A stretch of 34,117 bases of DNA, from positions 1 through 34,117 of IMG/VR virus record IMGVR_UViG_3300038321_000129. One strand, written 5' to 3'. This DNA comes from a virus. This document shows positions 1 through 6,743 of this stretch, piece after piece; the first letter of the stretch is position 1; every line of letters begins with the position of its first letter. Below the pieces are notes generated by a model. It saw only the letters and a list, made by a program, of their open reading frames with translations, was not told where the DNA came from and did not search any database. The translations under genes and the position numbers were made by a program.

Positions 1-99
1 GGAGATTAAAGAAATTATGATTGAGAAACAGAAAACACTTGATAATAGCCAATTGAAAACGCTTGATGATATCGCAAGTTCGTATTGTGAATTAGAGTG
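1..99. repeat. Terminal direct repeat, copy 1 (identical to 34019..34117). Signature of circular closure or terminal redundancy.
   Basis: Bases 1-99 (ggagattaaagaaattatgattgag...gtgaattagagtg) recur verbatim as the last 99 bases of the window. Confidence 0.95.
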
Positions 100-217
100 T
101 TCATTGTGTAATGGGGGGTGTAATGTGTGTAATACTTGTTATTGTGATTATTGTGAAATGGATAACTTTGTGAAATACCTTGCAGATAAGGTAGTAGTTA
201 GAGAGATAATCAAATGA
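17..217 (+). CDS. Small Cys-rich protein (66 aa), putative Zn-binding.
   Basis: GGAG about 10 nt upstream of the ATG. 8 Cys within 24 residues (CELECSLCNGGCNVCNTCYCDYC). ATGA overlap with the next ORF. Confidence 0.6.
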   Translation: MIEKQKTLDNSQLKTLDDIASSYCELECSLCNGGCNVCNTCYCDYCEMDNFVKYLADKVVVREIIK

Positions 218-417
218 TAACATCAATTACAGTACTTACCACGACGTTGATTATCGCACTCGGATTAATCGCCGTGTCAGCTGTGCTTCAAGTGATCGGG
301 TATAACGATAATATCAGTCGTGACATTGACGACATGCTGAGTAAACTGTCCCATGCACTGAATACCTTCGCTATGATGATATTCCTGATAGGGTTCTTGT
401 CTGTGGTCGTGGGGTGA
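214..417 (+). CDS. Small membrane protein (67 aa, two hydrophobic helices). A holin-like role is possible but unproven.
   Basis: Translationally coupled (ATGA) to 17..217. Hydrophobic segments ITSITVLTTTLIIALGLIAVSAVLQVIG and FAMMIFLIGFLSVVVG. Confidence 0.6.
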   Translation: MITSITVLTTTLIIALGLIAVSAVLQVIGYNDNISRDIDDMLSKLSHALNTFAMMIFLIGFLSVVVG

Positions 418-427
418 TAGGATAGGT

Positions 428-442
428 AATAATATATACTTA
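428..442. promoter_or_regulatory. Degenerate copy of the palindromic TATA-like motif (aataatatatactta).
   Basis: Matches 13/15 of the consensus AAGTATATATACTTA. Lies just upstream of the 469..777 noncoding region. Confidence 0.4.
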
Positions 443-683
443 TAGAGATAATAATTATATGGAGTCATGTAAGACGTTCCTGAAACGGATGAGGGTGTAA
501 TGATGCACGCAGGACAAAGTAAGGAACGGGATGGCTCTAAAATTAGATTATCGGTGTAGGTATAAGGACATCGCTAGAAAACAAACCCACTCAGGCGCGC
601 GTAACAAGATGGTGGCGGAAAAATAAGAACCCCTTGTCATGTTCCTTTGTTTGATCAACAGCCTACACTTATAATTTAATCAG

Positions 684-767
684 ACTCCCGTCGACCAATG
701 GAAGGCCGCCGTCGTGCGCATATAATAACAGAAAGACGCTATACAGGTTCGATTCCTGTCGGGAGTA
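684..767 (+). tRNA. tRNA-like element (aberrant tRNA, tRNA pseudogene or tRNA mimic). Anticodon not assignable with confidence.
   Basis: 7-bp acceptor stem: actcccg (684-690) pairs with cgggagt (760-766). Canonical T arm: acagg-TTCGATT-cctgt (743-759). D loop aatGGaa. The anticodon stem is only cgtc/gacg and encloses 21 nt instead of 7. There is one D-stem mismatch and a 3-nt variable loop. Confidence 0.4.
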
Positions 768-777
768 TTGGTAGAAA

Positions 778-954
778 ATGACAGATACAATTGACAAAAA
801 AGAACTTATCTTAAAGATAATGTCTCTCAAAAAGGATATTGAAGAGTGCGCCGAAGAAGTAGACGGGCCACACTGGAGAGCATACAGATCATCATATTAT
901 AGAGGGTATCTGGATGCTGTATCCGATATCATAAACAAGATATATGAAAAATAA
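778..954 (+). CDS. Hypothetical small protein (58 aa; below the ORF-track cutoff).
   Basis: ATG at 778 directly after the tRNA-like element. Open frame MTDTIDKKELILKIMSLKKDIEECAEEVDGPHWRAYRSSYYRGYLDAVSDIINKIYEK. A T5 tract follows the stop. Confidence 0.5.
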   Translation: MTDTIDKKELILKIMSLKKDIEECAEEVDGPHWRAYRSSYYRGYLDAVSDIINKIYEK

Positions 955-1005
955 TCTCTCTTTTTCGACGAAAACATAATACATATATACCGCATATTAG
1001 TATAC

Positions 1006-2004
1006 ATGGGAGAGCCATATCAGCACGTGCTGACGTTACAGCGGTTAGGGACTTATCTCACTAACGACAGTAAACAGGTATTTTACACTCCCGAAGCTTT
1101 TACAAACACCGAATCATGGTCCGGTGTTCCCGTTATTTTCGCTGAGTCTGTCGCAGGTATGCCCATTAAACATCCTGACATGGATTTAGTTTCTACTCGT
1201 TCTCCTTTACCGGACGGATTTAGATATGTTGGCACTATCAACTCTGCCAGTATCGCGCCTACCGGTAATCCGAGGATGGACGGACACATCACATTCACCG
1301 ACGACCAGATCGAACAACTCGCAAAACAGGGTAAACTCGCCCCATCTACCGGGTTCCGGTCTGATATCATGCCGGAAAATGGGAAGAATAGTTGGAAGAT
1401 AACCGGTAACGTTAGACCAAACCATCTCCTTGTTTTTGAACAAGGAGCCTGCCCGAATTGTTACAGTAACGATAACGGCGCGATGTTTTTAAACGTGAAA
1501 CAGGAGCCTATTATGGAACCCGAACCAGCAGATACAGAATCTAAAGGATGGCTCAAAGCCATTTACGAGAAACTCTGTAACACTAAACCAGATACAGAGT
1601 CTATCTCAAAACCAGAGGTAAAAATGGAAAATACCGTTAACCCGGAAATCTCTGCGCTTACCGCACAGATTGAAACCCTCAAAGCCGCGAACGTGGTTAT
1701 TAGTGCCGAATATGAAGCACTGAAAGCCGAGACGCTCAAAGCACAGAGAGACAGTGAATGGACCGCACTTAAGAACACTCTGCCGCCGGCATGGATCGAC
1801 GCAGAACACGAAGCCGAGACTCGCAACCTTGCAGAAACCAATCCGCTCGGATTTGCGCTTAAGCTGACTACGCACAATGCCAAAATCGGCAACGTGAAAT
1901 CTGCCGAAGGGTCGTGCGCGTGCTCCGCTTCCGAGAGGGAAGTTATGATCGCGAACGTGAAAAAGCAGGAAGAAATTATTGGTTACAGACCACTGGAGGA
2001 ATAA
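1006..2004 (+). CDS. Putative scaffolding or prohead-maturation protein.
   Basis: First gene of the head block, immediately upstream of the decoration-like and capsid genes. The C-terminal half is A/E/K-rich and coiled-coil-like (ISALTAQIETLKAANVVISAEYEALKAETLKAQRDSEW). Confidence 0.5.
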   Translation: MGEPYQHVLTLQRLGTYLTNDSKQVFYTPEAFTNTESWSGVPVIFAESVAGMPIKHPDMDLVSTRSPLPDGFRYVGTINSASIAPTGNPRMDGHITFTDDQIEQLAKQGKLAPSTGFRSDIMPENGKNSWKITGNVRPNHLLVFEQGACPNCYSNDNGAMFLNVKQEPIMEPEPADTESKGWLKAIYEKLCNTKPDTESISKPEVKMENTVNPEISALTAQIETLKAANVVISAEYEALKAETLKAQRDSEWTALKNTLPPAWIDAEHEAETRNLAETNPLGFALKLTTHNAKIGNVKSAEGSCACSASEREVMIANVKKQEEIIGYRPLEE

Positions 2005-2008
2005 ATAA

Positions 2009-2413
2009 ATGGCTTATAATTTAGGAGAAATTCAGCCGGGAGCATATGTTATCAAAGCAACAGCCTCCGCGGCAATTACCAAAGGGTATTTCGTCGTTAT
2101 CGCCCCGTCGGGGTCAACCCCAGCGGTTGCACTGTATGCAGGGGCTGAACCAACCGGAGTAATCGGTGTTGCACTCGACGCCGCAACCGCGGCAAATCAG
2201 GTTATCCGTGTTTGTATTGACGGTATGGTGGGTGTCAAATGCGACGCAACCGGAGTAGACGCACTTGACTTCGTTTCAAGTTCCGCAACCGGAACCGCTG
2301 AAGTTGCAGATATTGACGTAGATTATGTTCTCGGAATCGCTCTTGATGCGGGGGCCGCCAACGGTGTCGCACTGGTGAAACTTAATCAGATTACGGGAGT
2401 ACTGAGCGCATAA
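2009..2413 (+). CDS. Head decoration or cement-like protein (Ala/Gly-rich, DUF2190-like by composition).
   Basis: 134 aa, A/G/V-rich. Located between scaffold and capsid genes. GGAGG SD upstream. Confidence 0.45.
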   Translation: MAYNLGEIQPGAYVIKATASAAITKGYFVVIAPSGSTPAVALYAGAEPTGVIGVALDAATAANQVIRVCIDGMVGVKCDATGVDALDFVSSSATGTAEVADIDVDYVLGIALDAGAANGVALVKLNQITGVLSA

Positions 2414-3261
2414 TGGCAGTTAATGGAGTTATTACACAGGATAAACTGAAGGATATCTTGTATCAGCGTCAGATTATCAATGACGTTCTTATCGCATCGC
2501 AGAGCTACGGCTCACTCATGAACCCGGCAATCATTAAACGTGTTGCTGTTAACGGGACTAAAGTCTCTCTCTCCACCATGGACGCGGTCACTATCGCAAC
2601 CGACCTGAAAGAGTTCGAAGCGGCAAGCGTCCAGTCGCCCGACTACGGTTCGGTCGATGTTGACCTTTACGCGGACGAAATGCGCATTGCATTTTCAGAC
2701 GAGGCACTGATGAACCCGACCATCGCTGACCCGATGGCACTCGCAAAGGCCAACGCGGCTGTCGGTTTTGCATACAAACTTGATTACAAGATCGGAACCG
2801 CTCTTAACCTTACCCCGACGGCTGGAACCACATGGGATTATGATGCGGCTTCGTTCCTCGATGCGGTCGCTGATGCAGTCGGTAAACTCGCCCCATACAG
2901 ACTGACGGGTATTGCGTGCGGTGCTACGGCATATGGTCAGATCATGTCCTCCGTCAATTCCAGTGCTTTTAGAGTATCAGGAATGACCGTCCAGAACGGT
3001 ATTAACATACTGCCGGGTTACAACGTCCCGATTATCATGTCCACTGTCCTCGACTCGATTGACTCCGATTCCATCTATTTCGTGTCCAACGAAGCTCCGG
3101 GTGCATATCTGTTCGAAGGTCAGTATAAGGCCCGTGTCTACGATGACCCGGACACCCGGTCGACCGTCCTGCAGGCAAACGTCTGGAACGCGGTTAAATC
3201 TAACATCCGCCAGACGTCGAGTAGCACGAACAAAGGCGTTGTTGAGACCACAATCGGATAA
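2413..3261 (+). CDS. Major capsid protein (probable HK97 fold).
   Basis: 282 aa. Synteny scaffold-decoration-MCP. ATG overlaps the upstream stop codon (TAATG). No motif-level proof. Confidence 0.6.
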   Translation: MAVNGVITQDKLKDILYQRQIINDVLIASQSYGSLMNPAIIKRVAVNGTKVSLSTMDAVTIATDLKEFEAASVQSPDYGSVDVDLYADEMRIAFSDEALMNPTIADPMALAKANAAVGFAYKLDYKIGTALNLTPTAGTTWDYDAASFLDAVADAVGKLAPYRLTGIACGATAYGQIMSSVNSSAFRVSGMTVQNGINILPGYNVPIIMSTVLDSIDSDSIYFVSNEAPGAYLFEGQYKARVYDDPDTRSTVLQANVWNAVKSNIRQTSSSTNKGVVETTIG

Positions 3262-3286
3262 TCTGGTTAAATAGGAGGTCTTTTTA

Positions 3287-3739
3287 ATGGCTAATTTACC
3301 ACGAGACAATATAAAGGGCGTTATGGGGAGTTTAGTGGATGCTATATCCCCTCAAAACGTTTTTCCGTATCGCACTTCGTTATCGCGCACGGTCAACGCC
3401 GGTGTGTTTGCTGTATCGGTAATTACGATACCCGCGGGTAACCCGTGGTTATGTCATGTGTATGGCTCATCTGATGAGGTCACATATGCTATCTACAAAA
3501 CGCCGACGTTTACCGGGGGAACGGACTCGAAGATTTACCACGCAGATCTGTCTAAAACTGGACTGGCCGCGGGGACGCTCAAGAGGGATGTAACTACCAC
3601 GGCTGACGGCACGCTGAAATTTGTCGGGTCGAAGGAGTTCACCGTTATGTTCGAGGCGGGATCTGTCTACCTCATAAAAATAACAAATCCAACCGCTGGA
3701 AACGTAACTATTCTGACCGACGTAAGCATAAGGACGTGA
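3287..3739 (+). CDS. Hypothetical virion-module protein.
   Basis: Strong SD (taggaggt). Lies in the head-to-tail gene block. Confidence 0.65.
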   Translation: MANLPRDNIKGVMGSLVDAISPQNVFPYRTSLSRTVNAGVFAVSVITIPAGNPWLCHVYGSSDEVTYAIYKTPTFTGGTDSKIYHADLSKTGLAAGTLKRDVTTTADGTLKFVGSKEFTVMFEAGSVYLIKITNPTAGNVTILTDVSIRT

Positions 3740-4197
3740 TTATCTTGATTGATTATGACACGGGGTCATATGATGCGGACGGTGTTGTATCGTCAGGATT
3801 CGCTGAAGTAATCCAGTTAATGCCGCTTATCACGCCATATACATTAACCGATGACACCACTAGCGGCGCATATTACGGATATGCACATAATCGTGTGTAT
3901 CTCGACGCTCCGGGTATAACGGGCGATGATGTTACGTTTGCCATCTGTTGGTATATTGCATACATGATGTCTGGTACAACCGGGCTGCGAGCGATCACAT
4001 CCGAAAAAATAGGTAATTCTGCATGGGGTTATGGAGCAACGACTGACCATGACGGGTATCTGGCAGAATATGAGTCAGTAATATCGAAATATACGAACAA
4101 TGATATAGCTTCGGTTTGTGCAACTGGAGTTATCCACGAGGACGCCGAAGAATGTTCTTCTGACGTCATACCCTACTGGGGGTTATGTAATGACTGA
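3736..4197 (+). CDS. Hypothetical virion-module protein with an N-terminal DYDTGSYDADG motif.
   Basis: 4-nt overlap with the upstream gene. The N-terminal motif is shared with ORF 12313..13089. Confidence 0.65.
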   Translation: MIILIDYDTGSYDADGVVSSGFAEVIQLMPLITPYTLTDDTTSGAYYGYAHNRVYLDAPGITGDDVTFAICWYIAYMMSGTTGLRAITSEKIGNSAWGYGATTDHDGYLAEYESVISKYTNNDIASVCATGVIHEDAEECSSDVIPYWGLCND

Positions 4198-4423
4198 TGA
4201 ATATAATACGCAAACCCCTAATAGGTCACGATCGTTTGAAGAGAATGTGATTGACAGATTAGGGCGCATTGAAACGAGGATAGATTATATAGAGTCCAAT
4301 ATCCAGGCCTGTTCGGCGGATAAAAAGCAGGTGAGTAACATATTTGTGGCGGCGGTATGCTCTACATTATCAGCCATCGTTGCCGCATTGGTATGTTATA
4401 TCATCGGGTTTGGACCCCTCTAA
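4190..4423 (+). CDS. Small tail-anchored membrane protein (77 aa).
   Basis: The internal ATG at 4190 overlaps the upstream stop. The track ORF start at 4118 would overlap the upstream gene by 80 nt. C-terminal hydrophobic helix IFVAAVCSTLSAIVAALVCYIIGF. Confidence 0.55.
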   Translation: MTDEYNTQTPNRSRSFEENVIDRLGRIETRIDYIESNIQACSADKKQVSNIFVAAVCSTLSAIVAALVCYIIGFGPL

Positions 4424-4539
4424 AATATGGGTGTGAGTATGATGTTTTACCCCACCAGCCAAATGACAATGGATTATAGACGCGCCACAGAGCCACGCCA
4501 CGCGGTTTTAAGACGCTTTAATCTCATGGAGGTATAAAC

Positions 4540-4848
4540 ATGGCATCATACCCTATTGCCGGGCTCCTGAACCAGTATGTAATTGTGACCCCGTTCGTGT
4601 CTCGTGTAGACGGTGACGCTACATACGGTACACCCGTAACGCATGCATGCCGGATCGATTACACTATCAAACGGACACTTAATGCAACGGGGGCAGAGGT
4701 CACGTCTACCGCCACCGTGTTCATCGCGGCGTTAATCGGCAAAGAGGACAAAATCACGTTCCCCGACGGCACGATAAAAACACCCATTGGTGTAAACTAT
4801 GGTTACGATCGTGCCGGCGTATTTGGGCACTCGGAGGTTATGGTATGA
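4540..4848 (+). CDS. Head-tail connector or head-closure-like protein.
   Basis: 102 aa. GGAGG SD. Position between the capsid and tail genes. Confidence 0.5.
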   Translation: MASYPIAGLLNQYVIVTPFVSRVDGDATYGTPVTHACRIDYTIKRTLNATGAEVTSTATVFIAALIGKEDKITFPDGTIKTPIGVNYGYDRAGVFGHSEVMV

Positions 4849-5294
4849 CTGGACTTACAACCGTTACGAAAAAAGATACCGGGATGTATATCGCGAACGT
4901 TGAGGCTCTCACCGCGAAACTCGATAACTATACTGATGACATGCTTGATAAAGTGATTCAGGGTCTCAAAGAATGCGGTGGGGAACTATCAGCGGAAGCG
5001 GTCAAACTGACCCCGGTAGACGTCGGAGAAATGCGCGCTCGGTCGTTTGTATCTGACGTCTACGTAAACGCAGAAGGAAACCTCGAAATAGCGGTAGGGT
5101 TTGAAAAACACGGAGCCGAAACGGGAACAGTTAACCCCAAATCAAAAGGTGTATTATATGCCGTCCCTCTGCATGAACGCACGAATGTTAGGCATAAGGT
5201 AGGGCAGGCAAAGTTCCTCGAAACCGCTCGGAACAACTTTGAACGTGAGTTTTTAGAGTCGATGAGAGAATACTGCAAAGAGGCAAAGCCATGA
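4845..5294 (+). CDS. HK97 gp10-like head-tail joining protein.
   Basis: Coupled start. The segment KLTPVDVGEMRARSF resembles the gp10-family motif P-x-D-T-G-x-L-R-x-S. Confidence 0.5.
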   Translation: MTGLTTVTKKDTGMYIANVEALTAKLDNYTDDMLDKVIQGLKECGGELSAEAVKLTPVDVGEMRARSFVSDVYVNAEGNLEIAVGFEKHGAETGTVNPKSKGVLYAVPLHERTNVRHKVGQAKFLETARNNFEREFLESMREYCKEAKP

Positions 5295-5683
5295 GCGTAG
5301 GCGACGACATGAAATCATTGCTGACAACTGCGGGAGTGACAGCTAACAAGAACTATCTTGATATGTCGGTTCAGAACGCAGTTGCCGTTATGGAAACCGG
5401 CGGGTTTAGCCCGATAAAATGTCACGGAGGGCCTACAACCACTACAACATTTGACCGTCCATCGTTTCAAATCCTCGTGCACAATGCATCAAAAGCGAGT
5501 GCGAACACGGTTATTGACACCATCGTAACCGCGCTCGATAACCGGGCAAACGAATCAATCAACGGACATTTCTATCAGTCCGTTCGGATGAGCACGCCGC
5601 CGTATTATTTAGGTCTGGTTCAGACTGCGGCTGGCGAAACAAACGAGTATTCAATTAATTTTGTTACTCAGAAAAACAGGTAA
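5291..5683 (+). CDS. Tail completion or terminator-like protein.
   Basis: 130 aa. Coupled start. Immediately precedes the major tail gene. Confidence 0.4.
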   Translation: MSVGDDMKSLLTTAGVTANKNYLDMSVQNAVAVMETGGFSPIKCHGGPTTTTTFDRPSFQILVHNASKASANTVIDTIVTALDNRANESINGHFYQSVRMSTPPYYLGLVQTAAGETNEYSINFVTQKNR

Positions 5684-5689
5684 TTTATC

Positions 5690-6097
5690 ATGGGAAGCAT
5701 TGGAAAAACTAGTACATTACTGAGCACAACCGTTTCAGCTCTCGGAACTGTGCTCACGATTGGCGACTATTCGTTTAGTCGCGGCGACATCGAAGATACC
5801 GCATACGGGTCTGGACTCTGGAGAACATTCATCGCCGGTCTTATCGACGGCGGGTCTATCCCGTTTACCATCGCGCAGGCAAAAGCAGAGACAGGTATTG
5901 AAACTCTTGAAGGTCTGTTTGCGGCTGGCACGTCGGAGACATGGACGCTTACATTCCCCGACGCATCCAAATGGGTGTTCACCGGGTTTGTCAACAGCAT
6001 CGGCGGAAGTCAGCCTATTGATGGACTTGTGACTATATCATTCGGAATCCGTATCGACGGTAAGACTCCACCCGCATACACGGCAGGAACCCCATAA
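5690..6097 (+). CDS. Major tail (tube) protein.
   Basis: 135 aa. Located directly upstream of the G/GT chaperone pair and the tape measure gene. Confidence 0.55.
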   Translation: MGSIGKTSTLLSTTVSALGTVLTIGDYSFSRGDIEDTAYGSGLWRTFIAGLIDGGSIPFTIAQAKAETGIETLEGLFAAGTSETWTLTFPDASKWVFTGFVNSIGGSQPIDGLVTISFGIRIDGKTPPAYTAGTP

Positions 6098-6405
6098 TGA
6101 AACTTGTGACAATTAAGGATGTGGAGTATAAAATACTCCCCTCTTTAAAAAATATGTGTCTTATCGAAGATGATATGCCGGGCTATAATCTGGCGTTAGG
6201 TGTGCCGGCCGATAAAGCAAATCTGCACTTTATGACGTCGTGTATTAAACGGTGTATTGTGACGATGGACGGCAAACCACTGCCGAAAGAGGTTTTTGAG
6301 GACCTTTACACCCGTGATACCGACGAGGAATTTAACCAGATTTTCCTTTCGGTGTTTACTGAGATGTATAAACTTCCTCCGAAGGACGAAACGGCAAAAA
6401 ACTAA
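6097..6405 (+). CDS. Tail assembly chaperone (G-like, zero-frame product).
   Basis: 102 aa between the tail tube and tape measure genes. Ends with the slippery heptamer A_AAA_AAC followed by TAA. Confidence 0.75.
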   Translation: MKLVTIKDVEYKILPSLKNMCLIEDDMPGYNLALGVPADKANLHFMTSCIKRCIVTMDGKPLPKEVFEDLYTRDTDEEFNQIFLSVFTEMYKLPPKDETAKN

Positions 6406-6743
6406 AACCGTTTTCCGGCGGTAATTTACATGATTACTGGGACACACTTGTTACGAGCGGACTATTTGACGACCCCATACAGGTAGGTAGATACACATTA
6501 TATCAGATATCTTTGATTGTCAGAGGCAAACACGCGAGAGACCGCCGGAATGATATGTATCACGGGAACATTGTAGCTATGCTGTATAATATCAATCGCG
6601 CAAAAGGTAAAGACCCGATAACGTGGAAAGATGTCTACCCAGAGGAAGTTCAGGAAATCCGGGAACAGTCGGTAAATGAAATGCAGGAAATAGCCAAAGC
6701 AATCACAAAAGCATTAGGGGGCACGATTACGGAATGTCGTTAG
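6097..6743 (+). CDS. Tail assembly chaperone, predicted -1 frameshift fusion (GT-like). Join 6097..6402 with 6402..6743.
   Basis: The -1 frame is open without stops from 6396 to 6743 (KKLKPFSGGNLHDYWDTLVTSGLFDDPIQVGRYTLYQISLIVRGKH...). It ends overlapping the tape measure start. Confidence 0.65.
6396..6402 (+). promoter_or_regulatory. Programmed -1 ribosomal frameshift slippery site A_AAA_AAC.
   Basis: Zero-frame codons gcA AAA AAC TAA. This is an X_XXY_YYZ heptamer one codon before the stop. Confidence 0.65.

Noticed and set aside
467-472. Start-stop mini-ORF (ggagtcATGTAA) at the edge of the noncoding island.
   Set aside because: It could arise by chance in AT-rich sequence and has no supporting evidence. 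I note it only.
684-767. tRNA-like element read as an attP site for integration, or as an intron-containing archaeal tRNA.
   Set aside because: No integrase or recombinase gene is recognisable. The 21-nt anticodon-region insert shows no bulge-helix-bulge pairing, and position 37 would be a pyrimidine. I keep it only as a tRNA-like element.
1083-1892. Minus-strand ORFs (1083..1370, 1207..1443, 1563..1892, 1606..1875) inside the scaffold gene.
   Set aside because: They lie entirely antisense to a well-supported plus-strand gene in a tightly coupled operon. They have no SD or promoter motif, and their composition is low-complexity Ser/Ala/Arg-rich, typical of antisense frames.
4427-4537. 36-aa ORF (MGVSMMFYPTSQMTMDYRRATEPRHAVLRRFNLMEV) filling the 4424..4539 gap.
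   Set aside because: There is no clear SD and the product is very short. It may be real, but it is not supportable from sequence alone.
5760-6032. Alternative-frame and antisense ORFs within the major tail gene (5760..6032 plus, 5767..6000 minus).
   Set aside because: They are embedded in a gene with good synteny support. The Arg/Ser-rich translations look like off-frame artefacts.
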